Source of the DNA: Candidatus Hermodarchaeota archaeon
GTDB taxonomy: Archaea; Asgardarchaeota; Heimdallarchaeia; Hodarchaeales; Hodarchaeaceae
DNA length: 32,000 nucleotides
Direction of reading: 5' to 3'
Assembly: GCA_048886185.1 (NCBI GenBank)
Contig: JBHLKY010000002.1
Coordinates: forward strand, 271,538 to 303,537
This document shows, piece after piece, positions 17,710-28,250 of this stretch. The notes beneath the pieces were generated by a model, which was not told where the DNA came from, did no database searches, and worked only from the letters and a program-made list of their open reading frames with translations. The position numbers and the translations under genes are program-made. Positions within the stretch are counted from its first letter, which is position 1, and every line of letters begins with the position of its first letter.

Positions 17710-17905
17710 TACTGAAAGAATCTATCACTTTTGGAGGACGGAACTTGCATCTTTGAAAACATCCGCATATTAAAAATTATCTGTAAAGTGGGAAGATTGT
17801 TATAAGAAGAGAAGAATAAATCAGGTATAAACATCGACTTATTCCTAAAAATTGATATAGGAACAATCTTATCTCTATTTATTACTTACTGAAAGAATTG
17901 TATCA
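17710..17905 (+). repeat. Intergenic direct repeat TACTGAAAGAAT(N1-2)TATCA, 2 copies
   Basis: An exact 12-mer at 17710-17721 and 17887-17898, each followed by TATCA after 1-2 nt. Confidence 0.6.
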
Positions 17906-17944
17906 ACATTTAGTATTCAGCTATTCTAGTTCGGAGATGGATTT

Positions 17945-18964
17945 ATGTCAAAGAGAGACAGAGAAATTCAAAATATCGCAGAAAGAATACTAGAAGATAG
18001 TCCTGATCCTACCATTCAAGTTAGATTATTACGCGATATATTAGGAAAGAATAGAGACGATGCTGAACTAATTGAAGCAGTATCAAGATTAGATGACAAT
18101 AAATGGGTACAAATGCTTAGAAATGATCAATGGGAAGATGGGAGCTGGGGAAGGTTTCACACTGAAGACACTAGCCTTAAGCAAAAAGTCCCTACCACTG
18201 AAGTGGGCGTTACTAGAGCCATTAACCTTGGTCTTGATGACACTCATCCTATAATCCAAAAAGTAACTAAATATATTATAGGAATACTAACCAATTCAAT
18301 CAAGCCACGAGACGTTGAACCAAAAGGTATAGGTCGAAATGTTTGGGATAATCTTATCAAAAAGATTGTTGCAGCTTCATTGGCAGAAATAGATCCTATT
18401 CATCCAATCCTATATGATTATTTTGATCTATGGGTAAGAATCCTACAAAGATCCTTTCCCTATAACTCATACGACAAACAAACGCAGATTTCTGCGTTTC
18501 TAGAACTGCTTGAGATAAACTTTGACAAACTTTCACCCCGATTTAGAAAAAGAATAAAGGAAGGGAAAGAATTCACAATAAATGACGTTTACACTGTAAA
18601 TCTAATCGGTTCTCAAGTACATAAGTTGAAACCTGAGTTAGAAAAAGCATTTTTCAGGAGAGTATGGAATCACGGAATTGGTTACCTAAATGTGGATCTG
18701 AGAACTTCTCCGAGTAGTTTAATAGGAACTACTACTTTCACAAGGTGGTTGAGATCCCTTGAAGTTTTAAAACCGTATCCTAGCTGGAAATCTCATGTTG
18801 AAGAAATTATTGAGTGGTTATGGGCCAATCAAACTAAGAATGGGCTGTGGGATTTTGGAAACGTACCATTAACCAATAGATCAATAAGACTGTCCTCTAG
18901 TTGGAGGAAACCAAATGTTCGCATCCACGATTGGACAACTCGTATTCTATTGATATTAAAATGA
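17945..18964 (+). CDS. Hypothetical protein with QW-like motifs (possible alpha/alpha-toroid, prenyltransferase/terpene-cyclase-like fold)
   Basis: 339-aa ORF with GGAG upstream. LRNDQWEDGSWG and LWANQTKNGLWDFG fit QxxxGxW. No DxDD motif is seen. Confidence 0.72.
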   Translation: MSKRDREIQNIAERILEDSPDPTIQVRLLRDILGKNRDDAELIEAVSRLDDNKWVQMLRNDQWEDGSWGRFHTEDTSLKQKVPTTEVGVTRAINLGLDDTHPIIQKVTKYIIGILTNSIKPRDVEPKGIGRNVWDNLIKKIVAASLAEIDPIHPILYDYFDLWVRILQRSFPYNSYDKQTQISAFLELLEINFDKLSPRFRKRIKEGKEFTINDVYTVNLIGSQVHKLKPELEKAFFRRVWNHGIGYLNVDLRTSPSSLIGTTTFTRWLRSLEVLKPYPSWKSHVEEIIEWLWANQTKNGLWDFGNVPLTNRSIRLSSSWRKPNVRIHDWTTRILLILK

Positions 18965-19132
18965 TCTAAAATTGGTCATTCATCTAATCTAACTTCCTGG
19001 GATGCAAGGTTAATTTAATTTCAGAGGCAGATTACTTACATTATGTTCAACTACTAAATGGAACACTTCAATTGCCTGAATTATTAACTCCTCAGAATGA
19101 GATTTTCTATAAAATAAATGATTATTTTGGAA

Positions 19133-21862
19133 TCAGATTCGTGTACTCTGGATAAATGGTCTCTCCTTTCCCTGTTCAATCTCCCATTTTTTCCGTTCTG
19201 AACGCAATCTAAAAAGATCTACTTCCTTATAGATCAATTCCTCCTTTTTAGGAGGAATTTTTCGTTCAATTTGTTCTCTTTCAGGCGTAAAAATAAAAGA
19301 TTCACCTACTTCTGCGATATTCGCGAAGAAACAGTAAGCATAGATAGATCTACGAGCATCAAAATGTGCTGCGTTAAAATCAGCAGTAACAGGGGTGAAG
19401 GCTGGATTAAATATCATATCCACGGGAGGATCAGAATTTTTAAGTTCAACACGTAGATCCATGTCCAAAAAATCCCTGCAGATTGTTATCGCAATATTAC
19501 CATATTCAGTTCTACAGACAATTGTATTTCTAGTAAAAGCGTCAGTGTTAATTCCTTCCTTGAGTCTTCTCCCATGATAATGGATTATGGCTGGTATATG
19601 TTTTTCTTGTTGCCATAGGACACCCTCTGGACCTAAAACCATACAAATGTTTCTTTTAGTATGTTGGTCATGATATGAACCGGGAATGATATACATGTCA
19701 TAATTATTAGCAAGTTTAGTCACATCCTCAAGCAATTCCTGGTAATTGAAATCAATAGATAGCTCTGGAAAGAGTAAGACTTTAATGTCTTTAGAATGAG
19801 CATCTATTACTAATTCCTTTACCTTTCTCCTTATAACTTCCAGTTTTTCTTTTCTAAGATTAAAAAGCCCTTCTGATTTTTCTTCATAAAACTCATTCAC
19901 AATATCATCAGTCTCAGCCACGCCTATCTGGGCAATCGCAACTTTAAAGTTATTTTTTTCGGTTTTAGAGGTATCTTTAAGCAGATCTAAATGGATTAGA
20001 TGATATTTTCTTATTGGTACTTCTTCCCAAGCCGTTCTCTTATATTTCTCTCTCCTAGCATATTTTTCCACCTCCTCCTCGGTGATTTCGAAAGGATTTC
20101 CTGCAACTCGAGACATCATTTCCTCTAATCTCGTTAATTCGAATCTTTTTGCTAAAGGTACATTTTGTTTAATGAGAAATTGCCATTCTTCTACCTGTGC
20201 CTCTAATGCTGTTTTTTCATTAAATATTTTTACAGCTAAATTCCTTAAACCTTTTTCTTCTGCAATTAATAAAGCAAAATCTAATAATTCTTGCGCTTTT
20301 ACAAAATCTAATTCTAAAAGTGCAAGTTTAGATTGAAGAACATAAGTCTCAGTAAGTATAGAATGAGAAGATTGATTTTTGGCTATGTCAAGGAGTTGAT
20401 TTGTCAACTCTTTGACTTTAATAAGAATTTCTTCTTCTCCAGTCATTTTGAGCTCATAGAGTAATAGATCACTCAAAAATATCATTGCAGTAATAGTTAA
20501 ATTATGATCAACAACGTCTTCTTCTACTACTTTCTCAAGAATTTCTATAGCTTTCATCTTTAACCTAAAACGGGGACTATTCTTGAGTATGAGAGCTTTT
20601 CCAATGAGATATTTTTGATTAACAATCCGATTATTAACTCGTTCTTTGATCCCTTCAAGCTTTTGTAGATAATTTTGGGAAAGAGATGGTTCATTATTGT
20701 CCAAACAAAGTAATATTAGATTGTAAAGAACGTCGGAAGTTGAAAGATTGTTTTGTAACTCCTCAAATATTTTTAAGCTTCGTAGAAAATATTTTTGAGC
20801 CCATTTAGAATTCTTTTTTATTTTATAGATCTCACCAATGTTGACAAATGACAAAGCGATGTCTGCCTTCATTCCGAGCTCTTCATAGAGGGCAAGACTT
20901 TCCTGATGATATTCCAATGCCAGATTAAGGGCACCTTTCAACTGATATACATCACCCAAGTTGTTAAGTACAAGAGCAATGTGTTTTTTATCACCTAATT
21001 TCTCAAAAATTAACTGAGACTGTTGATAGTATTCTAACGCCTGATTTAAGCTTCCTTGCATACGATAATTCACACCTAAATTGAGAAGAGAAAGTGCGAT
21101 TTCATTTTGGTTTCCAATTCGTTCTTTAAGGGCTAAACTTTTCTGATAGAATTCTAAGGCTTTTTTATGGTCTCCTTTCAGCTGATAAACAGTACCTAAA
21201 TTATTATAATTTGAAGCGAGAATTTGATCATCCATCACCTCCTCTATAGTACTTATACTCTTTTGATGACACTCAATTGCCTTATCTAAATATCCTTTTG
21301 AGCGATATAAAAGACCTAGATTATTTAATACTTTAGCGACTCCTTGTGTGGCATTTAGCGCCTGAAAGAAGGTTAAGCTCCTTTGATGGTCTTTTAGTGA
21401 TTGATCAAAATTACCTTGATACCATTCAAAAACTCCCTTTGATAATAAGAAATCCCCTCTTCTTCTTTCAACCTCATCTATTTCATCATAATCATGTTCT
21501 ATTTCCTGAAATATCTCCTCCACCCTTTGTGATACTTGTAATCCTTCGTTAAATCTGCTTGAACGCCAACAAATCTCTAATTTATTCAATAAAATGTCAA
21601 CTATAACTAATTTATTTTTTATTCCTTTAAAATTCTTTAACATTCTTTCAATCTGCTCATCAGCTTTCTCTATCTCTCCAAGTTTGATCATAAGTTGATT
21701 TTCAATTAATAAGCAATTTAATTGATCATTTAAAGAAAGCTCTTTGTCAATGAAAAGTTTTCTGACTAATTCTATAGCTTTTTTATAATCTCCTCTACTC
21801 ATAAGATTTTTTACATGCTCAATTTCATCTTTGAAGTTGTCAATCAAGTAAATTCTTTCCAA
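19133..21862 (-). CDS. TPR protein fused to a C-terminal carbon-nitrogen hydrolase (nitrilase-family) domain
   Basis: About six 40-aa TPRs and the same helical module as 8500-10263. From F639: FKVAIAQIG, LLFPELS (Glu), IIPGS, QEKHIP (Lys), ITICRDF (Cys). TTG start. Confidence 0.9.
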   Translation of the reverse strand: MERIYLIDNFKDEIEHVKNLMSRGDYKKAIELVRKLFIDKELSLNDQLNCLLIENQLMIKLGEIEKADEQIERMLKNFKGIKNKLVIVDILLNKLEICWRSSRFNEGLQVSQRVEEIFQEIEHDYDEIDEVERRRGDFLLSKGVFEWYQGNFDQSLKDHQRSLTFFQALNATQGVAKVLNNLGLLYRSKGYLDKAIECHQKSISTIEEVMDDQILASNYNNLGTVYQLKGDHKKALEFYQKSLALKERIGNQNEIALSLLNLGVNYRMQGSLNQALEYYQQSQLIFEKLGDKKHIALVLNNLGDVYQLKGALNLALEYHQESLALYEELGMKADIALSFVNIGEIYKIKKNSKWAQKYFLRSLKIFEELQNNLSTSDVLYNLILLCLDNNEPSLSQNYLQKLEGIKERVNNRIVNQKYLIGKALILKNSPRFRLKMKAIEILEKVVEEDVVDHNLTITAMIFLSDLLLYELKMTGEEEILIKVKELTNQLLDIAKNQSSHSILTETYVLQSKLALLELDFVKAQELLDFALLIAEEKGLRNLAVKIFNEKTALEAQVEEWQFLIKQNVPLAKRFELTRLEEMMSRVAGNPFEITEEEVEKYARREKYKRTAWEEVPIRKYHLIHLDLLKDTSKTEKNNFKVAIAQIGVAETDDIVNEFYEEKSEGLFNLRKEKLEVIRRKVKELVIDAHSKDIKVLLFPELSIDFNYQELLEDVTKLANNYDMYIIPGSYHDQHTKRNICMVLGPEGVLWQQEKHIPAIIHYHGRRLKEGINTDAFTRNTIVCRTEYGNIAITICRDFLDMDLRVELKNSDPPVDMIFNPAFTPVTADFNAAHFDARRSIYAYCFFANIAEVGESFIFTPEREQIERKIPPKKEELIYKEVDLFRLRSERKKWEIEQGKERPFIQSTRI

Positions 21863-22320
21863 GTTATTTTAATGAAAATTCTGAAGAATTCAAAACCTCA
21901 AGAAGCCTAGGCGTTATAATTAATATCTATTATTATATCTCTTTTTATATAAGATGGTAGGGATATCTAAAATTATACAGCATTAATAATCTTACATTAT
22001 TTTAGAAGAAAAATGAGTAACCAACTCCCTATTTACAACAAGTTGAAGCGATTACTTAGTGTAGAGGTGTTCAACTTCAGATTAACGGTATTTTCTATAG
22101 TTCATTTCAAATAAGAAATTATTAAAGTCCATATTTTCCATTCTGTTTCCGATACTACTTGCATTTACCCCCCAAAACGCAATTCAGGGAGTAAATTCTG
22201 TGAAAAAATAAAATAAAGGGAAAAAATTAGTCTGGAATAAATTACTATATATATTAATTATAAAGGAGTTGTTACCAATATAGAGAAAAAAAGGGAAGGA
22301 AAACTTGAAGAAAGGGAATT

Positions 22321-23322
22321 CTACATTCTTTCTTTTTTACGTCTATAAACTAAGAGAGGTAGAATTATGAGTAATAATGTTAAGATAGAAAACCCAGGCA
22401 CATCTTTAGAAGAATATTTTGTAAACGACACTTCTTTTTCCCAAAACATTGACCAAGGCCTATACCTCAAATTACCATCTGGAGACCAGTTCATCAAGAG
22501 AACTACCCGACAAGTAGTGTTCTCTTGGGCTTTGAAAATACAAGAGAATGTCACTTCTTCTCCTGAGCCAATTTCAAATGCTGGATCTGGATTGTTTATA
22601 ATATAAAATGTCTGCAGGTATGGCACATTATCATTATAATATAGTTCCTGTGCTACAAGGGCATGTGTAAAGTTTACATTCACCTCTTTTCCATTGATAT
22701 GAAAATTGTTTACATCTATTTTATCGGAATCAATAAGTAGTTCAAAGTTTGGGCTAGGATGTTTTTCGATAATTCCTTTCCCTATACCAAATACAGCAAT
22801 GCTATCTGTTGCTAGGTATAGAAAATGAGTCTCTGTACCTAATTTGAAAAATTTGGGTTGCTTATCAAAGTTATATATTCGAATACTCCATGGATCTTCC
22901 AGTGGGCCTTCACAAATTGAATATGCATGAACCTCACCCTCACCCCCATTGTCGATAATAATAGCATCCCATAATCGACTATCATTTTGAAATCGGGTCA
23001 CATTAAAAGTATCCGACTTATCATTATCTGCATTCAGATCATAATCCACTTCACTCTCTATAAGAATTCCTTCACCATTATTAAGTTGAATTTCATAATA
23101 CTTCATTTCCCACATGATTGGGACTGACCCTGTTGTTGCGGGTTCACCATTATTTTTGATGGTAATACTGAAATTTACTTCATGATTCTCCCCTATTTCT
23201 AAGAAATGATCCCCAATCTTTACGAAATCAGGTTTATCTTCTGTGAGAGAAGCATCTATCCTTCCTGCACTTAATAATAGGAATATTATTACTAAAAGAA
23301 TAGGTTTAAACTTTTTTTTCAT
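22321..23322 (-). CDS. Secreted surface protein, one copy of an unrecognised ~270-aa domain, with a PGF-CTERM-type sorting signal
   Basis: Signal peptide MKKKFKPILLVIIFLLLSAG; C-terminus VPGF-SILTLLLIILPLLVY-RRKKERM; several N-x-S/T sequons. Confidence 0.85.
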   Translation of the reverse strand: MKKKFKPILLVIIFLLLSAGRIDASLTEDKPDFVKIGDHFLEIGENHEVNFSITIKNNGEPATTGSVPIMWEMKYYEIQLNNGEGILIESEVDYDLNADNDKSDTFNVTRFQNDSRLWDAIIIDNGGEGEVHAYSICEGPLEDPWSIRIYNFDKQPKFFKLGTETHFLYLATDSIAVFGIGKGIIEKHPSPNFELLIDSDKIDVNNFHINGKEVNVNFTHALVAQELYYNDNVPYLQTFYIINNPDPAFEIGSGEEVTFSCIFKAQENTTCRVVLLMNWSPDGNLRYRPWSMFWEKEVSFTKYSSKDVPGFSILTLLLIILPLLVYRRKKERM

Positions 23323-23329
23323 AATTTAT

Positions 23330-25174
23330 TCATCCCTTTTTCCTTCGTGACGCGTGAATTAAACAAGGGAGAACTATCAACAGAATTAAGAAAGAAAAGG
23401 CTGGAGTTTTTGTACTTAAAGTGGAAGTCGATGTAGAGGGGGCAGGAGGAGGAGGAGTTGTTTCAGTTGGTGAGGTAGGAACAGGGACAACGAAAGATAG
23501 ATCCAACTCAATAACGGGTTTCCAAAGATATCGTCGGTTCCCGTCTGGTGACCAACTCGTTAATAACACTAAATTACAGGTTACGTCTTTTTGAGCTGTA
23601 AGAGTACAGGAAAATGTTACAATGTCTCCTGTGTTAATAGTAAGCTGATTAAGCGGAAGTAAATAATAGCTATATGTCCACCGTTCACTCCACGGATAAA
23701 ATTCGTCTCCAATCCAGGTATGATTTGTTTCTATTGATGTTCCATTAACTTTAAACGCATGAGCATTTAGAGAATCAGTATCGAAATACAATGCAAAATT
23801 CGGGCTTGGATGTGTTACTAGATTCGGCACTTTTAGGGCAAATATTGCATGATCGTTATCTGCTCGCGCAAGACTATGAGTTTCACTCCCTAGCTGAAAC
23901 AGCTTTGGTTGGCCATTTTCAAGGTAATAGGTTTCATTCCGTCGTATATCATCTGGTGGACCCTCAAATATTGCATAAGCATGAACCCCATCTACTACTG
24001 CATCCCATGAACGCGTACTATTTTGGAACCATGTAACGCTAAATGTATCTGTTTGATCTGTATCGCCATTCAAATCCAAGTTTACTATATTCTCATCTAA
24101 TGTTCCTGAACCGCCACTTAACGGTAGCTCATAAACTAGCTCACCCCAATCAAGTACCATGTACCCTGAAGTGGTAGAGACACCTATATTCTCCACGGTT
24201 GCTTCAAATTGTTTCATACCTGAATTTACTGAAGTAAAACTATAATCACTAGATACAAAATAGGGCCGATTAATTGCCTCTAAGGTTATAGTGTCCCATA
24301 CAGGCACCCAATGGTACCTATTTATCCCATCAGGAGACCAATTGAGTAAGATACCAATTTCAAAAGTTGTTTCTTCCTGTGTAATCAGGGTACAAGAGAA
24401 CTTTGTCTGTTCTCCTGGATTGATGGTGAATGTATTCGTTGGAATGACGTATACTGGAACATTTGTGGGGAAATTGGTTAAATAATCTAAGACAGAATAG
24501 ACTGTTGTGGAAAAATCTAGGTTTACTGGAGTATCATCAATTTCAAAGTCAATAGCTGTTACTATAGAAGAATATAGCACAAGTTCAAAGTTTGGGCCAG
24601 GATGGTTGTGAATATATGCATCCCCAAATCCAAAAGAAGCGGTATAATTATCAGCACGATACAAAAAATGTGTTTCCGAACCTAATGAGAAGAGTTTTGA
24701 CTCATCATTCAGTGTATAATTTCGTATTGTAGGCCACTCTCCAGGTGCAGTTTCTGTAATTGCATAGGCATGAACATCAGTTAATCCATCGTTAATGATA
24801 GCATCCCATTGTCTAACTGTATCATTATACCAAGTGACTGAGAATGTGTCTAAAATATCCCCATCTCCGTTTAAATCATAAGTAACTATGGTTTCTTCAA
24901 GAGTTCCACTTCCATTTGTCAGGGGTAAGTCGTATTGTACCTTTTCCCATGGAATTAGAACAGATCCTACTGTTGCTGGATCGATTCCTGTGTGTTCGAC
25001 AGTGGTTGTAAATTTATAAACACCTTGGCGTGAAGAAGTCACGGAATAGCCTAGGGAACTGAAATCAGGTTGGTTAATGGTTGCGTGTATAGAATTTTTA
25101 CCTACCCCCCGATTAGCCACTCCGAACAGAAGAATTAGAATGGCCATCATAAAAAAAATATTACTTTTTTTCAA
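23330..25174 (-). CDS. Secreted surface protein, two tandem copies of the same domain, Pro/Thr/Ser linker and PGF-CTERM-like (PAF) sorting signal
   Basis: Signal peptide; repeats at about aa 35-300 and 303-562; PVPTSPTETTPPPPAPSTSTSTLSTK-TPAF-SFLILLIVLPCLIHAS-RRKKG. It ends 7 nt before the start of its paralog. Confidence 0.85.
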   Translation of the reverse strand: MKKSNIFFMMAILILLFGVANRGVGKNSIHATINQPDFSSLGYSVTSSRQGVYKFTTTVEHTGIDPATVGSVLIPWEKVQYDLPLTNGSGTLEETIVTYDLNGDGDILDTFSVTWYNDTVRQWDAIINDGLTDVHAYAITETAPGEWPTIRNYTLNDESKLFSLGSETHFLYRADNYTASFGFGDAYIHNHPGPNFELVLYSSIVTAIDFEIDDTPVNLDFSTTVYSVLDYLTNFPTNVPVYVIPTNTFTINPGEQTKFSCTLITQEETTFEIGILLNWSPDGINRYHWVPVWDTITLEAINRPYFVSSDYSFTSVNSGMKQFEATVENIGVSTTSGYMVLDWGELVYELPLSGGSGTLDENIVNLDLNGDTDQTDTFSVTWFQNSTRSWDAVVDGVHAYAIFEGPPDDIRRNETYYLENGQPKLFQLGSETHSLARADNDHAIFALKVPNLVTHPSPNFALYFDTDSLNAHAFKVNGTSIETNHTWIGDEFYPWSERWTYSYYLLPLNQLTINTGDIVTFSCTLTAQKDVTCNLVLLTSWSPDGNRRYLWKPVIELDLSFVVPVPTSPTETTPPPPAPSTSTSTLSTKTPAFSFLILLIVLPCLIHASRRKKG

Positions 25175-25448
25175 ACTTTTTTCACCTATCCCACTGTCAT
25201 GTTGGAACCCAATAAAAAAGGGGAAGATAATTCAGATTTTTGTAGTATCTCCTCCTTGGTTGAACACTATAGATATTACATAAAATCTAATGTTTGATCT
25301 TTTTCTATCATCTGTTTAATGGCTACGCCCAATGTGTCTTTTAAAGTTCTAAGGAACAAAGAACCTTTGGAAATAATAGAATAACAAACGATTAGAATAG
25401 ATTACAGAAAATATTTTAAGTTTGGAATAGTTTTTATGTGCCCATTGA

Positions 25449-26039
<591 letters not shown>

Positions 26040-26540
26040 ATACATTCTCTTCTGTATTTTCGAGGACTCTAGAAGGTGGCAAATAAGCAATTGGTAGATT
26101 TTCATTTTATCAAAAGTCGGTATTATTATTAACGATTTGAAGATAATTCTTGTTATTTAATTTATAAAAGTTTAAATGAAGGGAATTAGTTTATTTCCAA
26201 ATTTTTTTTCATCATATGATAGAAAGTTCGTGTCCAAATTGTGAAATAAGGCTACTATTATCAGGAAGTACTACAAAAATTAAGTTAATAAAATCTAATG
26301 TTATAGTAAGAATTAATTTTAAATAAAAGAAATATTAATGAAGAGAACAAGAGAGGATTTCTTTAATCTCGATAATTAAGTGAAACTTATGCAATATAAT
26401 CCAATTCCATTTTTAAAAGAACGTGTTCATGAATGGGATGATATAAGAGATCGAGTTACGGAAATCAGCCTTGGCTCGTATGAGATTAGAGTGGGATACT
26501 ATTATTTACTACTCTCTCAATCTCATTAAACTTTTTCTAG

Positions 26541-26689
26541 ATAATAAAGCCAGTTCTGAATCTTCATGGGGATCATGAATTGAAAATTGGATAATGATTA
26601 TCATTGAATTGGATTCAGGTGGACATCTATTATTAGACCAAGAAGATAAACTATGAGGGCATATTGAAAAATTCATTAAAAATGACTGA
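26541..26689 (+). pseudogene. Degenerate 3' remnant of an alpha/beta-hydrolase gene
   Basis: One frame reads IIKPVLNLHGDHE (26541-26579, acid-motif region). The neighbouring frame reads IELDSGGHLLLDQEDKL*GHIEKFIKND* (His motif and terminal helix; TGA at 26654 and 26687). Confidence 0.42.
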
Positions 26690-27896
26690 TGTTGAAGGAA
26701 TAAGGATGAAGCAGTCCAATATTGATGATATATCACGATTTGGGTATCTAGGCTTTTTTTCTGAATTAGAACAAATCGCTCAGAGTCTTCCAGATTATTT
26801 GCACTTATCCAACTGTGATCCTCCTGTGTATGGATATGTCCTAGACGAATCTATCCAGCGAAAAGTTGAGCAACTACAACTTATGAAATTTTCTGGCTAT
26901 CCAAGCTGGAATGGTGATAAAACTTTACGTCATACCTTAAGTCAACGGATTCAGGATATATGCAATGTAGAATTACCTTCTGATAAAATTGTCATGACTT
27001 ATGGTGTTTCCGAGGGCTTTTCTTTGACCCTCGACTCGATTTTTCAGAATAATCCGGGAAGTGTAGCCATTCCTGATCCTTCTTACATTCCATTAATTGT
27101 CCAAGCCAAACGATTCTCAAATATCTGGTTCTATAATTGCGAAGAAGAACTTGATTGGAATCCTGATATGGATCAATTAGTTACATCCCTTGAAAAACAT
27201 TCTGATACAAAATCTATCGTAATAATTACGCCAAATAGCCCAACGGGAGCTGTTTATTCAGAAAAGGTGCTCAAGGAACTGATAAATGTTGCAGGCCAAT
27301 ATAATCTGATTATTATTACTGATGAGATCTATGATTCCCTAACCTTTGGGAAGTTTGTTTCTCCTCTTAAGTTCGCACAAGAGATTCCAGTGATCTATCT
27401 AAATGGTTTTAGTAAGGTCTATCGCTTACCAGGTTATCGATTGGGTTATCTTGGATGGTATGATCCTTTAGATAAGCATCCTGAAATTTGGTATCATATA
27501 ATGCATCTGTGTAAAGGACGGTTGGGAGTTACCTCCATCGCTCAAGAAATTGCTAAGCTTGCACTTCAAGAGCCTAAAGGAGTCATTGAATCCTTCACAG
27601 AGAGTGTTTTCTCGAAGCAACAATTCATTACTGATCAATTTAATGAAATTGATGTAATATCAGCTGTTCCTGCACGGGGAGGAACCTATGTCTTCCCCAA
27701 AATCCATGCTGATATTGATGATGAAACACTTGTTAAGTATTTATTAAAGACTCATCGAGTTTATGTTACTCCTGGATCTGCATATGGTTCAATTCCAGCA
27801 AGAAATCACTTACGTTTTGTGACATTAGCGCCTCAAGAAGATTTGTTAAAAGGGGTTGATGCCCTAAAGAAATCACTGGTGGTACTTGGAAAATAA
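26682..27896 (+). CDS. PLP-dependent class I/II aminotransferase (alanine/aspartate aminotransferase-like)
   Basis: GVSEG, PDPSY, ITPNSPTGAVY, DEIYD, NGFSKVYRLPGYRLGY (PLP Lys), PGSAYG, HLRF. The start is ATG 26682 or 26706 (TTG 26664 in the track). Confidence 0.92.
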   Translation: MTDVEGIRMKQSNIDDISRFGYLGFFSELEQIAQSLPDYLHLSNCDPPVYGYVLDESIQRKVEQLQLMKFSGYPSWNGDKTLRHTLSQRIQDICNVELPSDKIVMTYGVSEGFSLTLDSIFQNNPGSVAIPDPSYIPLIVQAKRFSNIWFYNCEEELDWNPDMDQLVTSLEKHSDTKSIVIITPNSPTGAVYSEKVLKELINVAGQYNLIIITDEIYDSLTFGKFVSPLKFAQEIPVIYLNGFSKVYRLPGYRLGYLGWYDPLDKHPEIWYHIMHLCKGRLGVTSIAQEIAKLALQEPKGVIESFTESVFSKQQFITDQFNEIDVISAVPARGGTYVFPKIHADIDDETLVKYLLKTHRVYVTPGSAYGSIPARNHLRFVTLAPQEDLLKGVDALKKSLVVLGK

Positions 27897-28250
27897 CAGT
27901 GAATACTGACTTAATTCTAAAATTATGTATCTCAAATCAGAGAGCGTATGTTTCATGATAAGCTAGAAAAATCTTTAAAAAAACATAAAAGAAAGAAATG
28001 AGCTCTCAAAATAATCATTACAATAGATACAAATGAAAGAGGAAAATAATAGACCATTAGAGTTTACAGAGAAACAAGTGAGAGAGGATAGAGAACGAAT
28101 CTGTTACATTTTATCTTTAAGATTTTATGTTTTGTGTGGTTCACATATACCACAACTGCATATTATACAGAATTTTGATATTTTATGACTTCATTTTTAA
28201 GGAAATTTAAATCATAACCAATGCTCAACGATAATAGAGAAAGAGATTAT

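Noticed and set aside
4887-25055. Recurrent CCTAGG palindromes (about 4887, 5489, 7504, 21905, 25050), three of them upstream of genes
   Set aside because: About five copies in 32 kb is close to chance expectation, and two are inside CDSs.
26576-26656. Two in-frame TGA codons suggesting Sec or Trp recoding
   Set aside because: They lie in a frameshifted relic, are not at Cys-like positions, and TGA is used as a normal stop elsewhere (e.g. 18962-18964).
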